A stretch of 64,000 nucleotides of DNA from sequence record PQ863255.1; one strand, written 5' to 3'. The first letter of the stretch is position 1. The number at the start of each line of letters is the position of its first letter. The notes below the pieces were generated by a model. The model saw only the letters and a program-made list of their open reading frames with translations. It made no database searches and was not told the DNA's origin. This document shows positions 10,265 through 21,389 of this stretch, piece by piece. The stretch comes from Escherichia phage Ptacy1532. Both the position numbers and the translations under genes were made by a program.

Positions 10265-13200
10265 ATGGCTAACATTAAACCGTGGGAAGAAGCTTCCAAA
10301 GCTCCTGCGTATCTGAATGCCTCTCCGGAGCAACAAGCTCAAATGAGAGAACAATATAAGGCAGCAGGTGGCTCTATTCCTGAGGAACAACCAGTAGCAC
10401 AACCACAACAAGAAGAACGTGGTGCTATAGGTGAGTTTGCTCAAGGTGTGTCAAATGCTCTTCAATCTGGTGGTGCAAATATTGCAGCTAGTGCTGCTAA
10501 AGGTATTGGTGGTTTAGTTGAGATTGGTGAGAATCTAGCTGGAACACAAACTAGTTATGGTAAGCGTATCCAAGAGAACTCTCAGAACCTTCTGAAAGAA
10601 CGTATGGATAAGATTGAGGATGGGGTTGGTAAAACTGTTGGTCAGTATGCTGGCGTTGCTGGTGATATTGGTATGACTGTTGCTAATCCATTGGCTGCTG
10701 CTGCTATCATCGCAGGTCGTGAGACAGGTCGTGCGTATGCAGACCAAACACCTGAAGAGGGAGAAGATAAATCTATTCTAGATGCGGCCTTAGTTGGTGG
10801 TGCTAACTATGCGGCTCAGAGAATCCTTCCGGGTGCTGTTGGTACAGCTGAGTCCACACTTGGACGTATCGGTCAGAACGTTGCTAGTAACGCAGTGGCT
10901 GGTGCTAAAGGTGGCGCTCTTGTAGGTGCTGCTGAAGCTCAGAACAAGCATGGAGATGATACAACCTTTGCTAATGTATTAGAGGGTGCTATCGAAGAAG
11001 GTGCTATGGGTGCTGCATTTGGTGGTGCAGTTGGTGGGGTTCATGGTTTGATTAGCCGTCCAGACTCTGCTGTCTTCAAGAATACTCCAGAGTATGCGAA
11101 GACTGATATTGCTGCTGATGACGAACTAATTCGCAGTGCTAAGAATATTGATGAATTGAAAGAAGCCTACTCTAAAGCTGAAACTGCTAACGCTGCTTCT
11201 GCTCTGAATCTTCTGGATGAGAATGGATTCCGTATTACAGATGCTGTTGCTGTAGATTCTCCTGCTGCTCAGCGTATTCTCAATACTGACCAAGCTCGCG
11301 CTGAGAAAGCTGCTTCCATTCAGAAAGAACATTCCAACATTCCGGGCCTTAACCCTTTAGCTTCTCCTGCTAAGACTCGTGGTAAAGCATTCGCTGATAA
11401 CGAGCACAACCAGAAGCAGGCTGTTGCTATGAAGGATGCAATGGCTGATTACACCAAAGACAACACGAAAGCTCTTACAGATGTTCTAGATAATCTAGAC
11501 CGTGAATTAACATCTCTCCGAGCTTCTGGTGATTTTACTGGTAGTCCGATTGATATTAAGAATCGTACACAAGCCGACCGTGACTTCATTGATGCTTACA
11601 AGACTTTCTACAACGAAGCAAATCGATTCAAAGCTCGTGATGGTGAAGACTTTAATAACTTTGTAGAGAAAGCTGCTGAACTACAGAAGATGGCTGATAA
11701 TGTTTCTCCAGAGATGAAGAAAGCTATTGGTGGGTTGAAGAAACTGAAAGGTATGCCTGAAGGTTTTAATCCTATCCAAGATGCTTACACTCTGAACAAT
11801 ACAGCTAAGTTCATGAGCAATCAAGATCGTGGTTGGACTTCCCTGACTGATGATGGATTCCGTGAGGCTTCTTCACCTAGTCTGGTAATGAATACTCTCG
11901 GTGCTGCTAAGTATGCTCTGAATCGCTTCTCTTCTCAGCGTGCTCGCTCTCAACGCGTTAAACAACAAGAGTCTAACAGTGAAGCTATCCGCTCTCTGGC
12001 TCGTGGTGATTTGGAAGTTGCTCGTGCTAAGTCTACTGCTGACGAAGCTCGTGCTAAGATGGAAGAAGAACCAGTTGTTGATGACATTAAATTTAAGACG
12101 CAAAATGACGTAGAAACCGAACCGGTTCGGGAGCCTTCTTCTAGTACTGTGACGGAAGAAAATCTTCCTTCTTCTACTCCTCAAGAAACCCCTCTTACAG
12201 CTCGTGATTTAGTTGCGCAAAGACGCGCTATCCGTCAGGCTGAACAGCGTCGCGCTGAAGAAGAGGCATTGGCTGCTCAAGAAGCTCCGGTCGAACAAGC
12301 TCCACAGGCTGAACCTCTCCCTGCTCGTAACCCTTTAGAGGAACGTCGTGCAATGGAACAGCAACGTGCTCAAGAAGAGGCCGCACAGGCTCCAGAACCC
12401 ACCGTAGAGGAACCAATAGTCAAAGCTGAGCCATTACCTGCCCGTGCTCCTAAAGCTCCTAAGGAGGCTGTACAGGACGTTAAACCGGCAAGTGGTGTAG
12501 AACGTTTAGCTGCTATGTCTAGTGCTGCTCGTCAGGCTACCAAAGATCGTGCAGAACGTTTTGCTCGTTCTCTGTACTCCAAGGCTGCTAAGGCTAAAGC
12601 TACTGCTGAAAACTTCTTGGCTTATAAAGGTGATCCTAAGGAATTGATGCGTCGTATTCGTCAGGAAGATAATGCTATCAACACTGAACGTCATGAAGAA
12701 ATGGCTCGTAACCAGCTGGCTTCTCAGCAAGGTATTGCTACTGCTAAGAACAACACTGTACGAACTAATTTTGCTGAATGGGTTAAAGAGCGTGGTCTGC
12801 CAGAAGACATTGCTACTAAGGCATTACGTGCTGAAGAGAAAGGTTTAGGTGGGAACGTAACTAACTTGGATAGTCTGAAACGTCGTGCTGAAAGGTTGTA
12901 TCAGAAGCAGCGTGAGGATGAGTTTGATAGACTGTACCAACAAGCTCTAGAAGAGAATAAAGCTTTCGATAACAAGAATGCTCCTAAGCTGGCTGACCAG
13001 AAGAAAGAGCTTCAGTCTGAGATTGATGCTTTGATTGATTCAGAACCTTTACGTCCTGCTCAGAAAGATGCTATGCGTAAGCTGATGAATGATTTTGTAG
13101 ATGGGAAGTTTAAATCTTCAGAGAAGGCTGGTAGGGAAGAGGCTTTGGAAGTTGGTCAGATGAAGGATATTTGGGATGGGTTTATTAATACCTATAACAG

Positions 13201-14686
13201 AGAGGTGAATGCCTTCAACAAAGCTAACAAGAACTCTCAGTACGAAGCTGCTGCTAAGCATTTACAGGCTCGTGAAGAACGTCTTGCTACACTCAGGAAA
13301 AAGGCTCAGGCTCGTTCGGATGCTAAAGCTGCTGTTGAGAATGAACGTAAAACTCTAGAGGCTATTGCAGCTCAGAAGAGTGAGATTGAGAAGATGATGG
13401 AGGGTTTACCTAAACCTGTTCGTGAGGCTCAGGAATCTCGTACACTGAAACAGTTGGCTGCTCACCACGATAAGAACTCTCCAGTTCCTCCAGAGAAGTT
13501 CCGTAGTTATATTGAACGTATTCACAACGCCGAGTCAGATTACCTTGATCGTCAGCGTCGTTTAACTGATGCAGAGGAAGATGCTCGTCAGGCTAAGTGG
13601 AATAAGATGTATGAGCAAGCGGAAGAGATGAACCGTAAGTTTGATGTGGACAAGAGAGTTAAGCGCAGTGAAGAGCTTAAAGCGGCCCAAGAACGTGAGA
13701 ATGACCTTATGGCAGTACAACGTCAACGTGATGACATTCATCGCCGCCTGATGCGTACTATGGAAGATAAGGGCATATCTAGAGAGGATGCTGAAGCGTT
13801 TGCTGGTTCCTACATGGATAACCGTTATGCACTTCTCGAGAAGCCTATGACTCCAACTGAACATCAGAATGCTCGCTCTCGTATTGAAGCTGATGTTGAG
13901 AAGTTCGCTAAGAAGTACGAATCAATGACTCCTATCGAGAAAGAGATTGTTAAGGTTACTGGAGATACTGAAGGTAAGCTTGATAACTTGGATGCGGATA
14001 CTAGGAAGGCTATTGAGGAGGCTCAGAAGGTTGACTCTGATATTAAGAAACTGCAAGAGGAAGAGTTGGAGATGGAGAAGATTCGTTCTGCTCTGCCTGA
14101 CGATGAAAGATCTCAAGCAAATTCTGATATCTTGGAAAGCATTAAACAACAGGAAGAGGTCTTTGCTGATAAAGTAGAGAAAGCTTTCTTGAGTGGGAAA
14201 AGCTTGGATGAGTTGGTTAGTGTGGCTGAAGTTTTAGACAGGGTTCATGGTGCAGATAAGGCTGGTAACAACCGTCGCTTTGTACGTGCATTGCAGACTG
14301 CTGCTGAAAACAAGAAGAAGTATGGTGATAATCCGGTAGCTTGGTTTAGTGCTGATGATTACTCTGCCATTGCTAAACTTGGTGCTTCTTCCGCAGGTGG
14401 TAACAAATCTAGAGCACTGGAGAAGATCTTTGGTTCTACAGCTGAACAGGCTAAGAGTAAGTTGCTTGGTAGGGATGATGTAGCGAAGATGAGACGTGTG
14501 ATTGAAGAAAACCCTGATATCAAGATTCCTTCTTACAAGACAACGAATCGTACTGAGTACTTGCAGTTCTTGGAGAAGTTTAATGACGAAGGGAAGCCGA
14601 AGATTAAACGTGGCTCATTGTCAGAGAAGCTTGAACGCAGTAAGCGTCAATCGAGACTCCGTGTAAGAGTTCGACCTAAGGAGTGA
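10265..14686 (+). CDS. large internal virion protein (1473 aa; Ala/Glu/Gln-rich, coiled-coil, tape-measure/ejection-protein-like)
   Basis: Track ORF 10220..14686 trimmed to the ATG with AAAAGGAGA RBS; very long low-complexity helical protein with internal AEPLPAR repeats. Confidence 0.6.
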   Translation: MANIKPWEEASKAPAYLNASPEQQAQMREQYKAAGGSIPEEQPVAQPQQEERGAIGEFAQGVSNALQSGGANIAASAAKGIGGLVEIGENLAGTQTSYGKRIQENSQNLLKERMDKIEDGVGKTVGQYAGVAGDIGMTVANPLAAAAIIAGRETGRAYADQTPEEGEDKSILDAALVGGANYAAQRILPGAVGTAESTLGRIGQNVASNAVAGAKGGALVGAAEAQNKHGDDTTFANVLEGAIEEGAMGAAFGGAVGGVHGLISRPDSAVFKNTPEYAKTDIAADDELIRSAKNIDELKEAYSKAETANAASALNLLDENGFRITDAVAVDSPAAQRILNTDQARAEKAASIQKEHSNIPGLNPLASPAKTRGKAFADNEHNQKQAVAMKDAMADYTKDNTKALTDVLDNLDRELTSLRASGDFTGSPIDIKNRTQADRDFIDAYKTFYNEANRFKARDGEDFNNFVEKAAELQKMADNVSPEMKKAIGGLKKLKGMPEGFNPIQDAYTLNNTAKFMSNQDRGWTSLTDDGFREASSPSLVMNTLGAAKYALNRFSSQRARSQRVKQQESNSEAIRSLARGDLEVARAKSTADEARAKMEEEPVVDDIKFKTQNDVETEPVREPSSSTVTEENLPSSTPQETPLTARDLVAQRRAIRQAEQRRAEEEALAAQEAPVEQAPQAEPLPARNPLEERRAMEQQRAQEEAAQAPEPTVEEPIVKAEPLPARAPKAPKEAVQDVKPASGVERLAAMSSAARQATKDRAERFARSLYSKAAKAKATAENFLAYKGDPKELMRRIRQEDNAINTERHEEMARNQLASQQGIATAKNNTVRTNFAEWVKERGLPEDIATKALRAEEKGLGGNVTNLDSLKRRAERLYQKQREDEFDRLYQQALEENKAFDNKNAPKLADQKKELQSEIDALIDSEPLRPAQKDAMRKLMNDFVDGKFKSSEKAGREEALEVGQMKDIWDGFINTYNREVNAFNKANKNSQYEAAAKHLQAREERLATLRKKAQARSDAKAAVENERKTLEAIAAQKSEIEKMMEGLPKPVREAQESRTLKQLAAHHDKNSPVPPEKFRSYIERIHNAESDYLDRQRRLTDAEEDARQAKWNKMYEQAEEMNRKFDVDKRVKRSEELKAAQERENDLMAVQRQRDDIHRRLMRTMEDKGISREDAEAFAGSYMDNRYALLEKPMTPTEHQNARSRIEADVEKFAKKYESMTPIEKEIVKVTGDTEGKLDNLDADTRKAIEEAQKVDSDIKKLQEEELEMEKIRSALPDDERSQANSDILESIKQQEEVFADKVEKAFLSGKSLDELVSVAEVLDRVHGADKAGNNRRFVRALQTAAENKKKYGDNPVAWFSADDYSAIAKLGASSAGGNKSRALEKIFGSTAEQAKSKLLGRDDVAKMRRVIEENPDIKIPSYKTTNRTEYLQFLEKFNDEGKPKIKRGSLSEKLERSKRQSRLRVRVRPKE

Positions 14687-14694
14687 TAAAAGAA

Positions 14695-14735
14695 AAGCCC
14701 TCAAGGAGAAATCCAAGAGGGCTTTATTTGTTTCT
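14695..14735. terminator. bidirectional Rho-independent terminator at the convergence point of the plus and minus gene blocks
   Basis: AAGCCCTC...GAGGGCTT stem with inner GGA-GAAA-TCC tetraloop, flanked by T-runs on both strands. Confidence 0.55.
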
Positions 14736-14880
14736 AAGTTTTAAAAACCATCAAATTCGTCATACATCCCAATTCTCTTCAGAGGTCTGGATGTTCATCT
14801 TCAAAGCACCCTGAGATGCCTCCATAGAACCAATCTGATTTACTACCAAGAATAACAACTTCTTCATTCATATAACCCCC

Positions 14881-15042
14881 CTAGATTGTGTTTATAAAAT
14901 TAATAAGCTTCTCTTCGCTTTCATCAAAAGCTTTTCCAGCTGCTTCCATCTCCCAAGTATCGGCATTGTCAATAAAGCTCTGAGCTTCTAATAGATCGTG
15001 GATTAAGTCGAAGAGTTTATTTTTATCTGCTTGTGTGATCAT
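14881..15042 (-). CDS. small hypothetical protein (53 aa, acidic)
   Basis: ATG preceded by AGGAA; below the 60-aa track threshold; tightly packed at the end of the minus-strand block. Confidence 0.3.
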   Translation of the reverse strand: MITQADKNKLFDLIHDLLEAQSFIDNADTWEMEAAGKAFDESEEKLINFINTI

Positions 15043-15050
15043 GTCAGTTC

Positions 15051-15278
15051 CTAGATTAAATCGTAATACTGAATAATGTCAGAGAGTTTGAACTCTCGAA
15101 TCTCATCTTTCTCTACATCTATCGCTGTCATAATCCAACAAGGTTTGCCACCATTATGAAAACGGGAGCTAGCAACGGAGGTTCGGAGTGGAATAACGGA
15201 CCGGTCAGCAACCTCGCCTCTCCAATTGCGATAGCGAAAGCGAAGCACTTGTTGCGTAGATTTTTGATCATCACTCAT
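15051..15278 (-). CDS. hypothetical protein (about 75 aa)
   Basis: Track ORF 15051..15419 trimmed to an internal ATG with AAGGAA that just overlaps the stop of the upstream HNH gene. Confidence 0.35.
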   Translation of the reverse strand: MSDDQKSTQQVLRFRYRNWRGEVADRSVIPLRTSVASSRFHNGGKPCWIMTAIDVEKDEIREFKLSDIIQYYDLI

Positions 15279-15672
15279 TTCCTTTTTTGAATTGTTTTCT
15301 TGCATCATTTTCCATCTTAGTTTTAATCTTGTGACAAGGGTCTTTACACAGAACCTGAAAACCTTCTTTCTCACATAGAGCACGAGAGATGATTTCATCC
15401 CAAGTTGCTTCATGGTCAAGAGGAACTATAGGCTCTATGTGGTCAATAGCCATATCCTTTACAGGGTGGTCAGAACCACATATGGCACACTTAAAGTGCA
15501 TTGCCAGTCTACCTGTCTTTGGATTAATCTTTTGCTCTGTCTTGGCGTCTGCTAGTGCATCGAACATGGGCTTCCACTTTCTAGTCAGAGAACGAATCCC
15601 TGACTTGATGAAAGAATTATAACGAGCTTCAGTCCACATTCCACTACAGCGAGTCTTCTCAGACTTCGCCAT
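15271..15672 (-). CDS. HNH endonuclease
   Basis: CxxC...IDHIEPI...LC..CHKIK arrangement (zinc-binding HNH motif). Confidence 0.6.
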   Translation of the reverse strand: MAKSEKTRCSGMWTEARYNSFIKSGIRSLTRKWKPMFDALADAKTEQKINPKTGRLAMHFKCAICGSDHPVKDMAIDHIEPIVPLDHEATWDEIISRALCEKEGFQVLCKDPCHKIKTKMENDARKQFKKGNE

Positions 15673-15838
15673 AATCAGCTTCTTCCCAAACTCGTTTGTT
15701 TACACGATGGCTCACTTTACCCTCACGAGGAATACGACCAGTTCTCTGATCAAACAGTTGATGCTTGATCTTTTGATCTTTACGAGATTCACGATTGGAG
15801 GAGTTTTCATCATATGAACGATAATCAAATTTACCCAT
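15659..15838 (-). CDS. small basic hypothetical protein (59 aa)
   Basis: ATG with AAGGAT RBS 13 nt after the exonuclease stop; ends overlapping the HNH start. Confidence 0.3.
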   Translation of the reverse strand: MGKFDYRSYDENSSNRESRKDQKIKHQLFDQRTGRIPREGKVSHRVNKRVWEEADYGEV

Positions 15839-15851
15839 TATAATATCCTTA

Positions 15852-16670
15852 TTACCAAGATTTATCTAACCATGTCCAGTCGAACAGGTCTTCCGGAGTC
15901 TGACCAACAAAGAGCAGACGAGCATTCTCAAGCATCTTCTCTTCATCTTCAGTATCGAACTTCTTATAATATTCCATTCGTACTATATGATACATGGTCC
16001 ACTTATCTGTAACACCAGCTAGTAATTTAGCTGCTGCCTTCTTCCCTATGCCTTGACGTCGAAGCTGAAGCTTACCGCCCCACATAACCTCTTTACGTTC
16101 CCCACATCCGGGGATATTATCCGTACCGTCTCCAATCAACATTTGATAGAAGAAATTTTGCCATGAAACTAAATCGGATACGTAGTGAGGGGGAACCTCT
16201 TTTTGCCTTTCTCCACAAGCCCAACGATAATGCCATCCGGGAGTTATCAACAAATCTTTGTCTCTAGTACAGATGATAGTGTTCTTATCCCTACGTTGCC
16301 TTTCAGCTAGTGCATCATCAGCCTCTCTCCCAAATACATCTATGTATTCATATTTACCTTTAATATAATCACCAACGTTTTGCCAGTGAAAAGGTCTTTC
16401 TCCGGGAGGTCTATTTGCTTTGTAGTCTTGCTGCTTAGCAACATCGAAACGGAAGTTACCACCTTCGCTGAAGTAGAACACGATCTTGCTACAACCCGAT
16501 CGAGCTATGATTGTATCAATCTTATACTGAAGTCGTTCAATCATGAAATTGTAATCAACTGGAACACGTCCTGTGTCAAGGAAGGGATGCTCCTGAGTAA
16601 GAGCACCCACTTCATATCGAAGAACGTCAGCATCCACTATAGCTACTTCAGGGAGCTTAACGTCTTCCAT
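15852..16670 (-). CDS. 5'-3' exonuclease / flap endonuclease (T7 gp6-like)
   Basis: Motifs YKANR, ICTRDKDLLITP and IGDGTDNIPG align with T7 gene 6 exonuclease / FEN-family signatures. Confidence 0.75.
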   Translation of the reverse strand: MEDVKLPEVAIVDADVLRYEVGALTQEHPFLDTGRVPVDYNFMIERLQYKIDTIIARSGCSKIVFYFSEGGNFRFDVAKQQDYKANRPPGERPFHWQNVGDYIKGKYEYIDVFGREADDALAERQRRDKNTIICTRDKDLLITPGWHYRWACGERQKEVPPHYVSDLVSWQNFFYQMLIGDGTDNIPGCGERKEVMWGGKLQLRRQGIGKKAAAKLLAGVTDKWTMYHIVRMEYYKKFDTEDEEKMLENARLLFVGQTPEDLFDWTWLDKSW

Positions 16671-16671
16671 A

Positions 16672-17198
16672 TTATTCTCCTAACAGCTTACGTATTCCAT
16701 TGCGGAAATTATCGTACTCTTCAGGGTATTCAAACCCACACTCAAGAAGAGCATAGTGAACAACCTTCAACAAATCCTGAACCTTATTCTTATCTTTGTG
16801 TCGATAAGCATATTTGATCATATTGGTTTGTTGGAAGTTCAACTGTGGGTTTGCATGATAAAACTCAACAGGTTGAATGATTTTAGATTCCGGGTTATAG
16901 TGTGCACCGCCAACCATAGTGTCTAAAGCTGGACTTCTTTTGCTGGTTTGTTTAGTTGTGGACTTAAAACTGACCACAGGAACAGAAGAGTAAACTATAT
17001 ACTCTTCCCCTACTGGTGGTTTTATTCTTAGTCCGCGCATGGCATATTCAATCTTCGTGTCAGTGGAACCTGAAGCAATCTCTTCAACAGACTTGCGATA
17101 GCTGTCAATAACTGCCCGTAGCATAGAGATTGTTTTGGTCATATCTTTTACTTTCTCATTAAGTACAACAACCTCTGATTCTTTGAAATCAAACAAAT

Positions 17199-17208
<10 letters not shown>
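16672..17208 (-). CDS. DUF3310-like phage protein
   Basis: VGGAHYN...IQPVEFYHAN...KYAYRHKDKNKVQDLLKVVHYA resembles the DUF3310 signature common in phages. Confidence 0.45.
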
Positions 17209-18492
<1,284 letters not shown>

Positions 18493-18737
18493 AATGCATC
18501 TCTTTATAAACAGTTTCCGTGTTCTTCTTCCAGTTAGATAAACCGGTAAGAACTCTCTGAGCAACTTCATCAGCTGCCCTACTTCTTTCAATCTCTAACT
18601 CTTGTTGATGCTTTTCTTTATCCAGATTGTTACTGTCTGTTCTGTACTCATTAAACTTCATGCCACCAAAGAATACAAGAGCTGAAAAGATAACAAATCC
18701 TAGATTATCACTTAAAGTGCTTTGCATATTGACTCCA

Positions 18738-18763
18738 ACGAAAAAAGCCACCCGGAGGTGGCT
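18738..18763 (-). terminator. Rho-independent terminator between the HNH gene and the spanin pair
   Basis: On the minus strand GCCACC-TCCG-GGTGGC followed by TTTTTT. Confidence 0.5.
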
Positions 18764-18785
18764 AAGCTATAACAAGGAGAGTTAT

Positions 18786-19199
18786 TTATATGAATTTCTG
18801 CATACCTTTGATACGAGGGTTATCATCACCAACTCTCGATTTACAGTAAGCGATAAAAGATTCAGTATTGAGGTTATCCTTTTGAGAACCCCACTGGAGA
18901 TTGTCTGCTCTATTGTTGCTCGGATTATCATCCAGATGCATAACAACAGCGTTAGGAAAAGGTTTCTCACCATGAAAAGTCTCACACACTAAGATATGAA
19001 TCCTTTTCTTAAACTTTCTTTTCCTGTTTACAAACACCATTCTTCCATCTTTCTCTCTATATCCGCTATATGGTTTTCCTACGAAAAGCCTAACTCCACC
19101 ATTATTCGTTATGGCTGTGAAAGGCTTAATCTTAACTCTACCAAAAGATGATACGGAAAGGAAATCATAATAGGGGTGATCTTTCCAGACTTCTTCCAC
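18786..19199 (-). CDS. HNH homing endonuclease
   Basis: HLDDNPSNNRADNLQW HNH motif; free-standing between a terminator and the next gene. Confidence 0.65.
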   Translation of the reverse strand: MEEVWKDHPYYDFLSVSSFGRVKIKPFTAITNNGGVRLFVGKPYSGYREKDGRMVFVNRKRKFKKRIHILVCETFHGEKPFPNAVVMHLDDNPSNNRADNLQWGSQKDNLNTESFIAYCKSRVGDDNPRIKGMQKFI

Positions 19200-19208
19200 T
19201 ATCTATCC

Positions 19209-19955
19209 TCAAAATGGGCTATCGTTGTCGTCTTCGTAAGTAGAAGCAGGCTCTTTATCAATCGTAGGGATTGAAGGAGTAGCTTCTTTCTGTTCTGTTT
19301 CAGAAGCACGAGTAATTTCACGACCAGCCAGAGGCATGTTCTTAGCGTCATTAGCTTGAGTAAGCAGGTTGCGCTGGAACGGGAACATCAGTTGATAGGA
19401 TGCTACGTTCTCATCGGTTTCAGCATACGGTTCGAAGAATACCAGAGGACTACGAGCTTCACCAACTGCTGCACGATATTTGGTTGGGATTGGAGAAATG
19501 GTCTTGATGGAGTTTTTAACTTCACCAGCTTTGTTAGTGTAAGAGTTAACCAGAATGTTAACAGGCTGGCCTAACAGAACATCCTTGAACCAAGACAGAT
19601 CACCTTTCAGTGCTTGAATACTTGGGTCAATCATCTTGCAAAGATCAAGAATACCAGAGTTCTTAGCTCGTGGGTTTACATCATAGCTCTTGAACTGGCA
19701 AGCCGGACGTGGTTCTAATGCCTTACCATCGGAATCTTTACCAGTAGCATCAACACCAATCAGCTCGAAAGCTAAATCCATACGGAAAGCTGGATTCTTA
19801 GGAGTTACTGCTTTGGTCTTCGGGTCAATCCAAGGGTCACGATTGTGAACACCCAAACCTACTACACGAACGATACGTGCTTCGTACTCACCATCAGGGA
19901 TTACATCGTAGTTGGATTTACGGGAAGCAGTTGCGATAGTTGGAATCATAGACAT
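19209..19955 (-). CDS. hypothetical protein with acidic C-terminal tail ending in Phe (T7 gp2.5-like ssDNA-binding protein candidate)
   Basis: C-terminus ...TYEDDNDSPF resembles the acidic, Phe-terminated tail of T7-type SSBs; body not recognisably similar. Confidence 0.35.
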   Translation of the reverse strand: MSMIPTIATASRKSNYDVIPDGEYEARIVRVVGLGVHNRDPWIDPKTKAVTPKNPAFRMDLAFELIGVDATGKDSDGKALEPRPACQFKSYDVNPRAKNSGILDLCKMIDPSIQALKGDLSWFKDVLLGQPVNILVNSYTNKAGEVKNSIKTISPIPTKYRAAVGEARSPLVFFEPYAETDENVASYQLMFPFQRNLLTQANDAKNMPLAGREITRASETEQKEATPSIPTIDKEPASTYEDDNDSPF

Positions 19956-20012
19956 ATTTTAATTTCCTTATTTAATTTGAAAGATTGTTGCTCTCTTTGA
20001 GCGGTTATGTAT

Positions 20013-20023
20013 AGTATACATTA
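20013..20023 (-). promoter_or_regulatory. TAATGTATACT motif about 58 nt upstream of gene 19209..19955 (candidate phage promoter element)
   Basis: Minus strand reads GCGTAATGTATACTATACAT; same core as 26428-26438 and 10217-10225. Confidence 0.35.
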
Positions 20024-20086
20024 CGCTTATACCGATAAGAGTACTATATAATATAAGTATCTTTGGTAGTAGATATAACACACTAG

Positions 20087-20095
20087 TAATGTATA
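20087..20095 (+). promoter_or_regulatory. TAATGTATA motif in plus orientation inside the 415-nt intergenic region (no plus-strand gene nearby)
   Basis: CTAGTAATGTATATATTG; orientation opposite to the flanking genes. Confidence 0.25.
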
Positions 20096-20371
20096 TATTG
20101 TATAGCTGATAAAGTTATTGCAGGCTTGTATATTGGGCAATTCACAGAATCCCTTGCAAGTACCGAAGGGCAGGAGCCACCTGCGAGATAAAAATAGAGA
20201 ATTAAGGAATCCTTGATTTAGGTTGTAGGGACTCCTAGGGACTTTGATTCTCTATTTAAAAGAATATTAATTACTTATTACCTAAATAATTAACTAACTT
20301 ACTTAAACCAAATTCAAGAATAATAGATAAAAAGATTATTCCTAAGAAAGCTAAAAAGTAAAGGATATAAG

Positions 20372-20536
20372 TTACCATTCAAGTAAACCTTTAAAGTTAG
20401 TTTGTTCTACTATCCTCTGATAACGAAGATTAGAATCAGCTTGTTTCTTTAACATCTCATTATATTGATCTCTGATAGAGTCTTTATATACTACAGGTTC
20501 TTTAAATAATGAGATCTTGTTCTTTTCTTCTTTCAT
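20372..20536 (-). CDS. small hypothetical protein
   Basis: Track ORF 20372..20620 trimmed to an internal ATG; start uncertain, overlaps the 3' end of the phosphoesterase gene. Confidence 0.25.
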   Translation of the reverse strand: MKEEKNKISLFKEPVVYKDSIRDQYNEMLKKQADSNLRYQRIVEQTNFKGLLEW

Positions 20537-21005
20537 CAAAGACCTTCCTAATCTCTTGCAGAGAAACAGCTTTATAGTTAATTTGCTCCATTGATGTACA
20601 GAAATATCTCCAATCATCAATTACATGGTTATGAGTATGAGCATAAATATTAAACTTCCCTCTCATCTCGTCAGTGTGAATAGGAATATGAGTTACCCAA
20701 AACTCTTTATATTTATAATCACCAGAGATTCTACGGAATACTTTCATCATATCGGGGAGAAGTTCTAACCTGTCATGGTTCCCCAAGACCAGATGCTTCT
20801 CTCCTTTTACTTCAGCGATGATATCAAGGGCATACTTTTCAAACACCCAATCACCGGTAAAGAAGATTTTATCACGCTTAGTTACATGATCAAATGCAGC
20901 TAGGATTGCTTTGTCATGCTCTTCAATGTTTTTAAATTGCTTACGAAAACTACAGATGTTGCGATGACCTAAGTGACCATCTCCTGCAAAATAAACTTCA
21001 GCCAT
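20502..21005 (-). CDS. calcineurin-like metallophosphoesterase
   Basis: Motifs GDGHLGH, FFTGDWV, LGNHD (D.H / GD / GNHD signature). Confidence 0.65.
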   Translation of the reverse strand: MAEVYFAGDGHLGHRNICSFRKQFKNIEEHDKAILAAFDHVTKRDKIFFTGDWVFEKYALDIIAEVKGEKHLVLGNHDRLELLPDMMKVFRRISGDYKYKEFWVTHIPIHTDEMRGKFNIYAHTHNHVIDDWRYFCTSMEQINYKAVSLQEIRKVFDERRKEQDLII

Positions 21006-21014
21006 AAAGACCTC

Positions 21015-21230
21015 TTAGATAGTGCACCCGTCACAAGTTAAATCGCCTAGAAGGGATAGAGAAAGTAATCTGGATTGCTCATCACTGTATAGTTGATCAA
21101 TCTCTTCTTTAAGTTTTGCCAACTCCATGAAATTGATAAGTTGACCATGTTCAAGACAGTCTGTTTTTAGTATAAACAAAACTTCAGCGTCTGTTGAATC
21201 TTCACTTGAATATTTATCAATGTATTCCAT
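21015..21230 (-). CDS. hypothetical protein
   Basis: 71-aa ORF with AGGAG RBS. Confidence 0.45.
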   Translation of the reverse strand: MEYIDKYSSEDSTDAEVLFILKTDCLEHGQLINFMELAKLKEEIDQLYSDEQSRLLSLSLLGDLTCDGCTI

Positions 21231-21245
21231 TTTTACTCCTATTAA

Positions 21246-21389
21246 TTATGACCAAGATTTAGCTTTCACTTCGACGTATGTTTTAACTTCACCTTTCAAA
21301 ACTTCCTGAGAAGCATTTGCACTTTCCTCAGAGTGATGTACAACGGTGATCTCTTTCTTTCCAATCTTATAAGTGTGAATCCAAATCAT
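21246..21389 (-). CDS. small hypothetical protein (47 aa)
   Basis: ATG overlaps the stop of the upstream gene (ATGA coupling); below track threshold. Confidence 0.25.
   Translation of the reverse strand: MIWIHTYKIGKKEITVVHHSEESANASQEVLKGEVKTYVEVKAKSWS

Noticed and set aside
18728-18751. N-terminal extension of track ORF 18377..18751 (MAFFVGVN)
   Set aside because: These codons read through the terminator stem and T-tract; the ATG 8 codons downstream has a proper GGAG RBS
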